Of a stretch of DNA of 64,000 nt, positions 1 through 9,629 are shown piece after piece. The stretch covers positions 3,521-67,520 of the forward strand of contig JAFSWB010000088.1 of the NCBI GenBank assembly GCA_017444735.1, given 5' to 3'. The DNA comes from Clostridia bacterium. Its GTDB lineage: Bacteria > Bacillota > Clostridia > Oscillospirales > CAG-272. The position numbers and the translations under genes were made by a program. Numbering within the stretch: position 1 is the first letter of the stretch; each line of letters starts with the position of its first letter. The notes beneath the pieces are model-generated. The model made no database searches. It was not told where the DNA came from and saw only the letters and a list, made by a program, of their open reading frames with translations.

Positions 1-702
1 GCGACCGGAGCGAACAGCTACACGACCGACCTGCTCTTTTTCATCACCTGCGTCGACGCCGCGAAGAAAAGGTATGAACGGCTCGGGATCGACCTGTCGA
101 TCTGGCGCGACTCGATGAGCGACCTCGCGGTGAAATACCGCGAATGCGTCGCCGTCTACGGAGTCCCCGGGATCTTCACCGAGGGCTGGCACTGCCGGTT
201 CTTCCACCCCGACCGCTTTCAGCTCGGGAGGATGCAGTACGAGACGGTCACCTGGGACCGGGAGGAGCAGTACAAGTGGTTGAAATACGGCGACACCCTC
301 ATCAATATGCACATTCCGGGGAGCACCGGTCAGCCGTTCGACAGAGCGGCGAGACGCGATTCGTACAAAAGGGCGTACGATTTCTACCGCGATCTCTTCC
401 CGGACGGAAAAATGGCGATCTGCTGCGGAAGCTGGCTCCTTTTCGAGGAGCAGAGAAAGTTCCTCAAGGGATGTCCGAACATTCTCGACTTCATGGACGA
501 TTTCGAGATTATCGAATCGCACAGAAGCGAGAGGCGCGGCGACTTGTGGCGGATCTTCAACACGATGTCCCAGAACGTCGACGAGTTCCCGACGGACACG
601 GCGCTTCAGCGCTCGTACGCCGATTGGCTGCGCGCGGGCAACGACCCCGGCGGCGGCTTCGGACTCATAATGATCGAGGGACCCGAGTTCTTCGAGAGAT
701 AA
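1..702 (+). CDS. acyltransferase-domain (GNAT-like C-terminal domain) protein, 5' end outside window
   Basis: Frame 1 is open from nt 1 into the listed 115..702 ORF, so the gene starts upstream of the window. The family call is from memory of similar clostridial proteins only. Confidence 0.45.
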   Translation, partial: ATGANSYTTDLLFFITCVDAAKKRYERLGIDLSIWRDSMSDLAVKYRECVAVYGVPGIFTEGWHCRFFHPDRFQLGRMQYETVTWDREEQYKWLKYGDTLINMHIPGSTGQPFDRAARRDSYKRAYDFYRDLFPDGKMAICCGSWLLFEEQRKFLKGCPNILDFMDDFEIIESHRSERRGDLWRIFNTMSQNVDEFPTDTALQRSYADWLRAGNDPGGGFGLIMIEGPEFFER

Positions 703-831
703 AGGAAATCCTCCGGGCGATCCCGGAGGATTATCGTTTTTAAGATACCGCGAAAGGAAATGACATTACGGGCGACATCGAATATTTCCGTTTAATTACC
801 CGGAAACGTATGCGGAGAACCTTTCGTAAAA

Positions 832-1329
832 TCAAGAATTCATTTTCCTGCGTATCGTTTCGGCAATCTCTTTTTCGGTTTCTTTGCCGTAATCGAAAAG
901 AGTAAAATCGATTGACGTTCCGTCTTTCGTTTTTACGGAATAGAAAATCGTATCGCGTTGAGCGTTCCCGGTCAAAACGAATGAAATCAGAACCGCCCAG
1001 CCGTGATCTCCCTCTGCGAATTTACTTGAAAAAGAACATATTTCTTCAAACGGAACGGCTCGTCTTTTAAAATGAGTTTTCCCGTTTATACGAGTTGCTC
1101 TCGGAAAAACGATCTTTTCGTCGTCTAACGTCAGATTCCTGCTCGCAACGCCGAAAAAAACAGCTGCAAGTAAAACGGTCAGCGGCGCTCCCATACAGAC
1201 CAACACTGCGGGCACCCCTTCAAACGGCATACCCGAAACAAGCAGGAGAATACCCGCCGCAAGCATCAGAACAAATACGAACAGAGCCGACCCGACCCAA
1301 TTCAGAGAAGAAGATCTGTACGTTCTCAT
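832..1329 (-). CDS. small membrane protein (two N-terminal TM helices plus a soluble, possibly PH-like domain)
   Basis: 165-aa ORF. It has two hydrophobic stretches (ALFVFVLMLAAGILLLV, VLVCMGAPLTVLLAAVFFGV) followed by a ~90-aa hydrophilic domain. It sits just downstream of recG on the same strand. Confidence 0.5.
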   Translation of the reverse strand: MRTYRSSSLNWVGSALFVFVLMLAAGILLLVSGMPFEGVPAVLVCMGAPLTVLLAAVFFGVASRNLTLDDEKIVFPRATRINGKTHFKRRAVPFEEICSFSSKFAEGDHGWAVLISFVLTGNAQRDTIFYSVKTKDGTSIDFTLFDYGKETEKEIAETIRRKMNS

Positions 1330-1344
1330 CCTTTGCCTCTTTTT

Positions 1345-3519
1345 TCAGTTCACCGTTCCCGACGAACGCTTCGCCATCGCGAGGACGCGGTCGCGGAGCT
1401 TTTCGTTCTCCGGCTTTTCGAGCGTCGGATCGTCCCCGAGTATCCTTGTGACGCACTCCGTCACCTTGTCGGTGATCGCGGAATCCGAGAGCGCGCGGAT
1501 CAGCGAGAGCGTAGACTGCCCGTGCTGGCGGACGACGCTGTTTTCGGACAGTATATCACCGGGTCCGCGCTGGCGGAGGTCCGCCTCCGCGATCTTGTAA
1601 CCGTCGCGGGAGCGTTTGAGCGTTTCGATCCTGTCCTTCGCCTTCTCCCCTTTTGAATCGGAGACCATAACGAAATACGATTTCGCCGGGCCGCGTCCCA
1701 CGCGCCCTCTCAGCTGGTGAAGCTGTGAGAGCCCGAAGCGCTCGGCGTTTTCAACGATCATAAGCGTCGCGTTCGGCACGTTGACGCCGACCTCGATGAC
1801 CGTCGTCGAGACGAGGACGTCGATCTCTCCGCGAGCGAATGCCGTCATCACAGCGTCCTTTTCGGCGGGCTTCATCCGCCCGTGGACGAAACTGACGCGG
1901 CAATTTTTCAGTTCGTTTTTCAGCCGCTCGGAATATTCGACCGCCGATTTCATCGGAAGCTCGGGGTCAGGTCCGATAAGATCGAAAAGCGAAATATCAG
2001 CCATCTCGAGGGGATCGTCCCCCTTTTCGGGGACCGGCGATTCCTCGACCGCGGGGCAGACAACGTAGACCTGATGACCTTCTCCGACCTGCTTTTCGAT
2101 AAACGCGTTCAATCGTTTCCTGTAACTCTCGTCGACGGCGAACGTGTCGACGGGCTGACGGCCGGAAGGCAGTTCGTCGAGGCGCGAGACGTCAAGATTA
2201 CCGTACGCGATCAGAGAAAGCGTCCTCGGGATCGGCGTCGCGCTCATAACGAGCGTGTGGACGCCCTCCGTCTTCTCGGCGAGCGCGGCGCGCTGCATTA
2301 CGCCGAACCGGTGCTGTTCGTCGATGATCGCGAGACCGAGACGTGAGAAAGTGACGTCCGGCGAGATCAGCGCGTGAGTTCCGATGAGAAGAACGGGGAC
2401 GGATCCGTCGGCGATTGCCGCGGATATCTCGCGTCTCTTCGCCGCGCCGGTCGAGCCGGTGAGCAGGAAGCACTTATATCCGAGTCTGTCAAAAAGCGCG
2501 GAGAGGTCGGAAAAATGCTGTGTTGCAAGTATTTCCGTCGGAGCCATGAGAGCGACCGAATACCCCGCCTTCATTGTGAAATAAGCCGCCGCCGCCGCGA
2601 CGACGGTCTTGCCCGAGCCGACGTCGCCGACGAGAATGCGGTTCATTACTTTTCCGCCCGAAAGATCGGCGCCGATCTCGGCGATCGCCCTTTTCTGCGA
2701 GGCGGTCAGCGTGAACGGGATCGCTCCCGTGAAAGGCGCGGTATCCGTCTTCGGAACGACGGTTTTCGATAATTCGTTCCTTCTGCCCCCTGATACCGAG
2801 AGAGACAGAGAGGTGAGAAGGAGTTCGTCGAAAGAGAGACGGTCCTTCGCCGCTCCGAGCGCCTCGACGGACTCGGGAAAATGGATATTCCTGACGGCGT
2901 ACGAATGTGTCGGCAGAGACAGACGAGAGAGGACCTCCTCGGGAAGATACTCCCCTCCCCCTCCGGTCATCGAGATCGCCGCCGCCACCGACTGCGCGAC
3001 CGCTTTTTGAGTAAGACCGCGCGTCAGAGGATAGACCGGAACGATCGGAAGAAGATCGCCGCCCTCGACGTACGGCTCCCACACGGGAGAATTGATCGTG
3101 AGACGGCTTTTTTCAAGCTCGAACCGCCCCCATATCCTGAACTGCGCGCCCGTTCTGAAGTTGTCGCGGACGTACGGCTGATTGAAAAACGTCGCCTCGC
3201 ACGTCCCCGTCTCGTCGAAAAGCCTTATCTTCGTTATCGTCATCCCGCGCCGGATCATCCGGCTCATCGGCTCCGACGCGACGGCGAGAACGGAGGACAC
3301 GGGCTCGGATCTTCCCGTGCCGCCGGCGTTTATACTTCCGCGGATCTCCGCGAGCGTCCTGACGTGTTCCCTGTTCTGGTACGCGCGGGGATAATATCTG
3401 AGAAGGTCCCCGACCGTCGTCACGCCGACGCGGGAAAACGCCGCGGCGCGCGCGGGTCCGACGCCCTTGGCCGCCGTCACGGGCATATTGAGTTTTTCGA
3501 CGGCGCTTCCGACTGCCAC
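1345..3519 (-). CDS. recG: ATP-dependent DNA helicase RecG
   Basis: 724-aa ORF with Walker A GDVGSGKT, motif II IIDEQHRFG and the typical RecG N-terminal wedge region. The real start may be the internal Met 11 codons downstream. Confidence 0.9.
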   Translation of the reverse strand: MAVGSAVEKLNMPVTAAKGVGPARAAAFSRVGVTTVGDLLRYYPRAYQNREHVRTLAEIRGSINAGGTGRSEPVSSVLAVASEPMSRMIRRGMTITKIRLFDETGTCEATFFNQPYVRDNFRTGAQFRIWGRFELEKSRLTINSPVWEPYVEGGDLLPIVPVYPLTRGLTQKAVAQSVAAAISMTGGGGEYLPEEVLSRLSLPTHSYAVRNIHFPESVEALGAAKDRLSFDELLLTSLSLSVSGGRRNELSKTVVPKTDTAPFTGAIPFTLTASQKRAIAEIGADLSGGKVMNRILVGDVGSGKTVVAAAAAYFTMKAGYSVALMAPTEILATQHFSDLSALFDRLGYKCFLLTGSTGAAKRREISAAIADGSVPVLLIGTHALISPDVTFSRLGLAIIDEQHRFGVMQRAALAEKTEGVHTLVMSATPIPRTLSLIAYGNLDVSRLDELPSGRQPVDTFAVDESYRKRLNAFIEKQVGEGHQVYVVCPAVEESPVPEKGDDPLEMADISLFDLIGPDPELPMKSAVEYSERLKNELKNCRVSFVHGRMKPAEKDAVMTAFARGEIDVLVSTTVIEVGVNVPNATLMIVENAERFGLSQLHQLRGRVGRGPAKSYFVMVSDSKGEKAKDRIETLKRSRDGYKIAEADLRQRGPGDILSENSVVRQHGQSTLSLIRALSDSAITDKVTECVTRILGDDPTLEKPENEKLRDRVLAMAKRSSGTVN

Positions 3520-3584
3520 GGCGACACCTCCCTTCCCTGATTGATACCGCTTTTATTCTATCACAGTTTCCCGCCGTTTACAAC

Positions 3585-3620
3585 AAAAAAGGATCCGTTC
3601 GCTCGGAACGGATCCTTTTC
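3585..3620. terminator. bidirectional rho-independent terminator after rplL
   Basis: Hairpin GGATCCGTTC-GCTCG-GAACGGATCC, flanked by an A-run on one side and a T-run on the other. Confidence 0.75.
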
Positions 3621-3638
3621 GTCTTTTGTTTTGTGAAC

Positions 3639-4019
3639 TTATTTGAGTTCGACGGTGGCGCCGGCAGCTTCGAGCTGAGCCTTGAGGGCGTCGGCGTCCT
3701 CTTTGGTAGCGCCTTCCTTGATGGCCTTCGGAGCGCTCTCGACGAGCTCTTTGGCTTCCTTCAGGCCGAGACCGGTGATCTCGCGGACGACCTTGATAAC
3801 GTCGAGCTTCTTAGCGCCGAAGTTGGCGAGAATGACGTCAAACTCGGTCTTTTCCTCAGCGGCGGCGGCTGCGGGAGCAGCGCCTGCGCCGGCGGCGACG
3901 GCGACGGGAGCGGCGGAAACGCCGAACTCTTCCTCGACAGCCTTAACGAGCTCGGAGAGCTCAAGAATGGTGAGACCCTTGATCTCATCAAGAATAGCGG
4001 TGATCTTTTCAGATGCCAT
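3639..4019 (-). CDS. rplL: 50S ribosomal protein L7/L12
   Basis: 126 aa. Typical N-terminal dimerisation helix, Ala-rich hinge, and C-terminal domain [24 protein letters not shown]. Confidence 0.97.
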   Translation of the reverse strand: MASEKITAILDEIKGLTILELSELVKAVEEEFGVSAAPVAVAAGAGAAPAAAAAEEKTEFDVILANFGAKKLDVIKVVREITGLGLKEAKELVESAPKAIKEGATKEDADALKAQLEAAGATVELK

Positions 4020-4063
4020 TTTAATTTTCCTCCGTTAATTATTTCAGTTGATTTGTTTTTTGA

Positions 4064-4687
4064 TTACTCTTCGGGTTTCTCTTCGGTGGGAGCTTCCTCG
4101 GCCGGAGCTTCCTCGGCCGGAGCTTCCTCGGCCGGAGCTTCCTCAGCCGGAGCTTCCTCGGCGGGAGCTTCCTCAGCCTTTTCGGCGGGAGTCATATCGC
4201 CCTTGTCAACGACTGCCTGAAGACCGACCGCAAGGCCGTAAAGAGGCGACATCAGGCTGCCCATGAGCTTAGCGATAAGAACTTCCTTCGGCGGGATGTC
4301 GGCGAGTTCTCCGACGACGGCGGCGTCGACGACGGCTCCGTCAAGAAAGCCCGCTCTGATCTCAAAGGTCTCGATCTTGTCCGCGTACTTCTTAAGTATC
4401 TTCGCGGGCGCGACGGGGTCCTCAAAGCTGACCGCGACGGCGTTCATACCCTCGAGATGGGGCTTCAGTCCGTCAAAGCCGACCTTTTCGCACGCGAGAT
4501 TGATAAGACTGTTCTTGATGACAGAATAATCAACGCCCGCCGCGCGGAGCTCGGCGCGGAGCTTCGTATCGTCCTCGACCGTGATTCCCTGATATTTCAC
4601 AAGCACTCCGGAAACCGCTTTGCCGAACTTGTCGGCAAGCTCGTTCACGACCGCCTGCTTCTGCTCCAGGATCTTTGCGCTTGGCAT
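4064..4687 (-). CDS. rplJ: 50S ribosomal protein L10 with a repeat-containing acidic C-terminal tail
   Basis: 207 aa with an L10-like body, located immediately upstream of rplL. The C-terminus carries six AEEAP units. Confidence 0.93.
   Translation of the reverse strand: MPSAKILEQKQAVVNELADKFGKAVSGVLVKYQGITVEDDTKLRAELRAAGVDYSVIKNSLINLACEKVGFDGLKPHLEGMNAVAVSFEDPVAPAKILKKYADKIETFEIRAGFLDGAVVDAAVVGELADIPPKEVLIAKLMGSLMSPLYGLAVGLQAVVDKGDMTPAEKAEEAPAEEAPAEEAPAEEAPAEEAPAEEAPTEEKPEE
4088..4177 (-). repeat. 6 x 15-bp in-frame tandem repeat (AEEAP) inside rplJ
   Basis: Plus-strand units sGGAGCTTCCTCrGC are repeated six times head to tail. On the minus strand they read gcc gag gaa gct ccg. Confidence 0.9.
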
Positions 4688-4842
4688 GTTTTCGTTCCTC
4701 CTTCTTGAGATTTACAGGAAACAAAAAAGTCTTTTTCCGCTCTCCGCGAAAAAAGACGCACAGGGAAACCCCTCCGTGTAGTCTCTCCTCGGCAGGAAAG
4801 CGAATCGCTTTTACCGTAACCTGCTGTCTTTGGTTCAACAAC
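4688..4842 (-). promoter_or_regulatory. rplJ 5' leader (L10-leader-like) with attenuator hairpin
   Basis: A ~155-nt untranslated leader lies between the predicted promoter and the rplJ ATG. It contains the terminator-like hairpin GTCTTTTTTCGC-GGAGA-GCGGAAAAAGAC followed by U6 (plus 4723..4757). Autoregulatory L10 leaders are established in Firmicutes. Confidence 0.6.
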
Positions 4843-4848
4843 AAGAGC

Positions 4849-4877
4849 ATTATACACGAGGAGACGGCGGTTGTCAA
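4849..4877 (-). promoter_or_regulatory. sigma-A type promoter of rplJL
   Basis: The minus strand reads TTGACA, a 17-nt spacer, then TATAAT (-35 at 4872..4877, -10 at 4849..4854). Confidence 0.75.
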
Positions 4878-5014
4878 CACTTTTTTGAAAATTTTTTCGG
4901 CTAACGGCGGCGCGGCCGCCGCCCGCGCCCGTCAAATCTTGACAAAAACAGCGTTTTACATTAAAATATTATAAAATCGGATTTCAGTCATCAAAGGAAA
5001 GAGAGGCGAGGGGA

Positions 5015-6253
5015 ATGGAAGAAAAGAAGAGGCCCGCCGCGGAGCGGCTTCGCCCGAGGTCCTTCGACGAGATGGCGGGTCAGGAAAAGCTCGTCGGAAA
5101 AAACGGAACGCTGCGGCGTCTCGTCGAGCACGGCGTCCTTCCCTCCGTGATCTTCTTCGGCCCTCCGGGGACGGGAAAGACGACGGCGGCGACGATCCTC
5201 GCGGAGCAGTCGGGGCGCGAGATCTTCTACCTCAACGCGACGACGGCGACACTCGCCGACGTCAAGACGGTCGCCATGGCGTCCGGCTCGATCACCGGCG
5301 CGGGCGGAGTCGTCCTCTACCTCGACGAGATCCAGTATTTCAACAAAAAGCAGCAGCAGTCGCTCCTCTCGTATATCGAGGACGGCAGTATCACGCTGAT
5401 CGCCTCCACGACCGAAAATCCGTACTACTACGTTTACGACGCGCTTCTATCCCGATGCTCCGTGTTCGAATTCCGTCCCGTATCCGCCGCGGATATCGAA
5501 AAAAGGCTGCGCGAGGCGGCGGCGATAATCGCACCCGACCGTTCTCTCACCGACGGCGCGTTCCGCGCCGCCGCGGCGTCCGGCGCCGGAGACGTGAGAC
5601 GGGCGATCAATACGCTCGAACTCGTTCTCTCCGTCGCGGACGGAAAAGTGATCTCGGAGGACGACGTCCTCGCCGTTCTCCCCGAAGCGTCGATCGGCGC
5701 GTTCGACAGAGACGGCGACGTCCATTACGACCTTCTCTCGTGTCTTCAGAAGTCGATAAGGGGCTCCGACCCGGACGCGGCCGTCTTCTACCTCGCCCGC
5801 CTTCTCGAGGGGGGCGACATAATCTCCCCGTGCAGACGGCTTCAGGTGATCGCCAGCGAGGATATCGGTCAGGCGTATCCCCTCGCCGCGGTCATAACGC
5901 GGGCGTGCTGTGAGTCGGCGAAGGAGCTCGGTCTACCCGAGGCGGCGATCCCGCTCTCGAACGCCGCCGTCATGCTCGCGACGGCTCCGAAATCGAACAC
6001 GTCGAACGTCGCGTATCAGAAGGCGTCCGCCGACGTCAGAGCCGGACTCGGAAGAGAGATCCCCTCTCACCTGAGAAGCCCGCTTTTCAAGGGATATAAG
6101 TATCCGCACGACTTCCCGAACAGATACGTAAAACAGCAGTATCTTCCCGACGATCTGTGCGGGAAAAAGTATTATTCGTTCGGCGAAAACAAGACGGAGC
6201 AGGCGGCGAGGGCGCACATGGATAAGATAAAAGGAGTTAAAAACGACGGTTGA
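5015..6253 (+). CDS. rarA: replication-associated recombination protein A (AAA+ ATPase)
   Basis: 412 aa. Walker A FFGPPGTGKTT, Walker B VLYLDEIQ, and a MgsA/RarA-type C-terminal domain. Confidence 0.9.
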   Translation: MEEKKRPAAERLRPRSFDEMAGQEKLVGKNGTLRRLVEHGVLPSVIFFGPPGTGKTTAATILAEQSGREIFYLNATTATLADVKTVAMASGSITGAGGVVLYLDEIQYFNKKQQQSLLSYIEDGSITLIASTTENPYYYVYDALLSRCSVFEFRPVSAADIEKRLREAAAIIAPDRSLTDGAFRAAAASGAGDVRRAINTLELVLSVADGKVISEDDVLAVLPEASIGAFDRDGDVHYDLLSCLQKSIRGSDPDAAVFYLARLLEGGDIISPCRRLQVIASEDIGQAYPLAAVITRACCESAKELGLPEAAIPLSNAAVMLATAPKSNTSNVAYQKASADVRAGLGREIPSHLRSPLFKGYKYPHDFPNRYVKQQYLPDDLCGKKYYSFGENKTEQAARAHMDKIKGVKNDG

Positions 6254-6387
6254 CCGCGTTTCGGAAAACCGGGAATTGTAAATTTTCTGTTAACATACTT
6301 TGTTTCTACTTATGACAGAAGCATAATATGATATAATTTATAAGATTTATTACGCTTTTAAGATCCGACGCGGAAAGGAGGAACGGG

Positions 6388-7089
6388 ATGACTCTTATCG
6401 GTATGCGCGGACGACGCGGAATAAGCCGCCTCATTTTCATTCTCATCATCATCGCGGTCGTGCTCGCCATTCTCGTGACGATCCCTCTCGTTCTGTACTA
6501 CCGCTCGCAGTCCGAAAAGATCGGATGCGTCGCGGCGCTCGACACCGCGACAAGACAAATGGCGGACAAATTCCTCATCGACGGTTTCAAGGACGCGTCG
6601 GAGGTCAAGGCGTGGGTCACGCTCGTCATGAACGGTTGGGACGACCTCTGCCCGGGCGGAGGCAACGTATACATAATTCACGATGAAAGCGCGGAAATGC
6701 CGTGGCGTCTCGTTTGCGGGATGCACGGCGAAGACAAAAAGGAATGCTGCCGCCTCAACGCCTCGTGGGCGCTCGGTCAGGTCAGGGAGGCCGTCAAAAA
6801 GGCCGCTGACGACGGAAAAGATCCGCCGGAGAAGATCGAGATCCCGCTGAACGGCAAAACGCTCGAAGTGAAGTTGACTGATAAAAGGATGACCGACGTC
6901 ACCCGCGGGACGGGGACGATGATGGATTACGACGGCACCGTCGCGTTTTACGCCGTCGCCGGGTACGGCGACGAGTGGAGATCGACGGGCGCTTCCTCCG
7001 GCACGGTATGTTATTTCTGTTTCGCCGACCCGAACTACTGTGCGAGCTGGCTCGTCGGAAAAGGCTGGACCGGCGACGCCTACAGTTAA
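6388..7089 (+). CDS. membrane-anchored Cys-rich hypothetical protein
   Basis: 233 aa. AAGGAGG RBS, a single N-terminal TM segment (LIFILIIIAVVLAILVTIPLVLY), and several Cys in the exported part. No G/FxxxE prepilin motif. Confidence 0.55.
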   Translation: MTLIGMRGRRGISRLIFILIIIAVVLAILVTIPLVLYYRSQSEKIGCVAALDTATRQMADKFLIDGFKDASEVKAWVTLVMNGWDDLCPGGGNVYIIHDESAEMPWRLVCGMHGEDKKECCRLNASWALGQVREAVKKAADDGKDPPEKIEIPLNGKTLEVKLTDKRMTDVTRGTGTMMDYDGTVAFYAVAGYGDEWRSTGASSGTVCYFCFADPNYCASWLVGKGWTGDAYS

Positions 7090-7106
7090 GATCGGAGGCC
7101 GCGGAT

Positions 7107-7898
7107 TTGATCGTTTACTCCTATACTCCCCTTCTCGTCTTCTCGGTCGTTATCGCCGCCGTTCTCGGAGCGGTGTCCGGTTCGTTTCTCAACTGCGCCG
7201 GATGGCGGATCGCTCACGGAGAGTCGTTCGTCAAAGGAAAAAGCCGGTGTCCCTCGTGCTCTCACGAGCTCGGCGCTCTCGACCTCATTCCCGTTTTCAG
7301 TTACGTTTTTCTCGGCGGAAAATGCCGGTACTGCAAAAAGAAGATATCGCCGCGGTATCTCGTCGCCGAGCTGATAATGGCGGCGCTCGCGGTCATGTGC
7401 GTCCTCTTTTTCGATCTGTCTTTTCTGTGCCTGCGCAATTTTCTCTTCATCTCGTGCCTGTTCTGCCTGTCGGTCGCCGACCTTGAGGCGTTCATCATTC
7501 CGAACGGAACGCTGATCGCCGCCGTCGCCGTCTGGCTCGCGTGGCTCCCGTTCTCCGGTTACGGATGGGCGGAAATCGGTCTTCACGTTCTCTCCGCCGC
7601 GGTTTACGGGGCGGGCGTCCTCGTCCTCTCGCTCATTATGGACAAACTTCTCAAAAAGGAAAGCCTGGGCGGGGGCGACGTCAAGCTCTTTTTCGTGATG
7701 GGTCTTTATCTCGGTCTCGTCGCTTCCCTTTTCTCCGTGATGCTCTCGTGCGTCATCGGATTGCTCTTCGTCCTGTTCGCAAGAAAAAAGGCGGGAGAGC
7801 ATTTCCCGTTCGGTCCTTCGATCGCCGCGGCGACGACGGTCATGCTGTTCTGCGGCGACCTCCTCACAAACGCTTATCTCGGCCTCTTCGGGGGTTAA
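7107..7898 (+). CDS. pilD: prepilin peptidase (A24 family)
   Basis: Cys box CPSCSHEL...CRYC, a GGGDVKLF aspartyl motif, and a multi-TM body. I chose the TTG at 7107, which has a GGAGG 8 nt upstream. The track ORF starting at 6975 would overlap the previous gene by 115 nt. Confidence 0.8.
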   Translation: MIVYSYTPLLVFSVVIAAVLGAVSGSFLNCAGWRIAHGESFVKGKSRCPSCSHELGALDLIPVFSYVFLGGKCRYCKKKISPRYLVAELIMAALAVMCVLFFDLSFLCLRNFLFISCLFCLSVADLEAFIIPNGTLIAAVAVWLAWLPFSGYGWAEIGLHVLSAAVYGAGVLVLSLIMDKLLKKESLGGGDVKLFFVMGLYLGLVASLFSVMLSCVIGLLFVLFARKKAGEHFPFGPSIAAATTVMLFCGDLLTNAYLGLFGG

Positions 7899-7940
7899 AG
7901 ATATTTCTTGAAGTTAATTTAAGAGAAAGGCATTTCGGCT

Positions 7941-8969
7941 ATGGCTAAAAACATTCTGGGCATAGACATCGGCTACGACAGCCTGAAGCTTGCTCTCGTC
8001 AACGGAACGACGGTCAAAAAGACGTACAGCGTTCCGATGCCGAAGAAGCTCCTTCAGGAGGGGCGCGTCGTCTCAACCGAGACGATGGGCGAGCTCATCC
8101 GCGGATCAATGAGAAAAGGCGGCATCAGCGCGAACTACGCCGCGCTGTCGCTCTCCGGAGAGTCGGTTTTCATCAGGACTCTCACCGTTCCGCAGATGAC
8201 GCCCGATCAACTGAACTATAACATCGGATATGAGTTCCGGGACTACATAACGACGGAACTGAAAGACTGCGTTTTCGATTACGCGATGATCTCGACTCCG
8301 GAGCAGCTCAGATCGCAGACGGAGACGGTAGACGAATCGGGCAATCGCGTCGCTCCGACGATGGACATCCTCGCGGTCGCCGCGCCCGTCAAGCTGATCG
8401 AGGACTCGAAGGCGATGCTCCGCAAGGCGGGACTCCGGCTCGCGAAAGCCGCTCCGTCCGAATGCGCCTATATCGCGCTCATCAGAGAAGCCGAAAAGCG
8501 CGGCGCGGAGAAGGATCGGGAATACTGTATCCTCGATCTCGGATACAACGCGATCCGTATGCATATGTTCCGCGGCGAGCGCCACATGGTAACGCGTCAG
8601 CTTGAGGTCGGCCTTTCGAGCATCGACGACGTCATCGCCGACACTTACAACGTCGACGTTCATCTCGCACACACCTATCTTCTGTCAAACCATGACGGAT
8701 GTCAGGACAAGGACGTCTGCGTATCGGCGTTCGGCAACATTTCCGTCGAGCTGATGAGAGCGATCAACTTCTACCGCTTCAACAACCCGGAAAGCAGCCT
8801 TTCCGACATATGGCTCTGCGGCGGCGGCGTCGCGATCCCTTCTTTACGCAATTCGATCGCCGAGTCGCTTGATCTGAACCTTCACCCCGCGGAAGAGCTC
8901 GTTTCAGGCGGAGACCGGATAGCCGACTGCTTCGAGTTCGTTCAGGCTATCGGGATAGCGCAGTATTGA
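7941..8969 (+). CDS. pilM: type IV pilus assembly protein PilM (actin-like ATPase fold)
   Basis: 342 aa with N-terminal LGIDIGYDSLKLAL. Position between pilD and the pilN/O-like genes. Confidence 0.8.
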   Translation: MAKNILGIDIGYDSLKLALVNGTTVKKTYSVPMPKKLLQEGRVVSTETMGELIRGSMRKGGISANYAALSLSGESVFIRTLTVPQMTPDQLNYNIGYEFRDYITTELKDCVFDYAMISTPEQLRSQTETVDESGNRVAPTMDILAVAAPVKLIEDSKAMLRKAGLRLAKAAPSECAYIALIREAEKRGAEKDREYCILDLGYNAIRMHMFRGERHMVTRQLEVGLSSIDDVIADTYNVDVHLAHTYLLSNHDGCQDKDVCVSAFGNISVELMRAINFYRFNNPESSLSDIWLCGGGVAIPSLRNSIAESLDLNLHPAEELVSGGDRIADCFEFVQAIGIAQY

Positions 8970-8987
8970 GAGAGGGGGAAACAGATA

Positions 8988-9629
8988 GTGGCATTTAATG
9001 CAAAAGCGGCTTCGGGACGGGCCCCGTCAAAGATAACGCTTCCCACTAAAAGAACGGTCAACTTCGCCGAGGTAGGCAAAAAGAAAACGAAGCTCGGCAT
9101 CGCGATCCCCGGGATCATCCTGATCGTCGTCGCGGCGTTCCTCTTCAGCAAATTCGCCGTTATCGACAGACTCGTCAAGGTCTCGGAGGCGGAGCGCGCC
9201 GTCAGCGAAGTGCGCGCGAAGATCGTCGCCGGGAATCAGAAGATCGACAGCTTCGGCGAGCTGACCGATATTTACGCTCACTACACCTTTTCGGGAATGA
9301 CCGAGGAAGAACTCAACCGCACCGGACGTGTGAAAATAATCGATCTCGTCCGGAACGTCATCCTTCCCGAGGCGTACGTTGAGAGCTTCAGCATCTCCGG
9401 CAACGTAATGACCGTTTCCGTCACCGACGACACGCTCCGGTCGATCAACCTTATAGCGGAAAAGCTCGAAAAAGAACCGATCGTCAGCTTCTGCACCGTG
9501 ACGACCGCCGCGACGAACGACAGGGATCTGGATCTCAGAAGAGCCATAGAAGAAAAGGGGCTCGTCACCGCGAATCTCAACATCTATCTTGTCGGCGAAC
9601 TTGAAACCGAGGAGGAGGAGACGAACTGA
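8988..9629 (+). CDS. PilN-like bitopic pilus assembly protein
   Basis: GTG start. Basic N-terminus, one TM segment (IAIPGIILIVVAAFLF), then a coiled-coil. Synteny after pilM. Confidence 0.6.
   Translation: MAFNAKAASGRAPSKITLPTKRTVNFAEVGKKKTKLGIAIPGIILIVVAAFLFSKFAVIDRLVKVSEAERAVSEVRAKIVAGNQKIDSFGELTDIYAHYTFSGMTEEELNRTGRVKIIDLVRNVILPEAYVESFSISGNVMTVSVTDDTLRSINLIAEKLEKEPIVSFCTVTTAATNDRDLDLRRAIEEKGLVTANLNIYLVGELETEEEETN

Noticed and set aside
4088-4177. CRISPR-like array (also considered for 52816..53100)
   Set aside because: The 15-bp units are contiguous with no spacers, in frame, and lie inside clearly coding genes. They are protein-coding tandem repeats.
6975-7106. Upstream start for the prepilin peptidase (307-aa track ORF)
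   Set aside because: It would overlap the preceding gene by 115 nt, and the extra residues are Arg-rich and non-hydrophobic. The TTG at 7107 has a GGAGG at the correct spacing.
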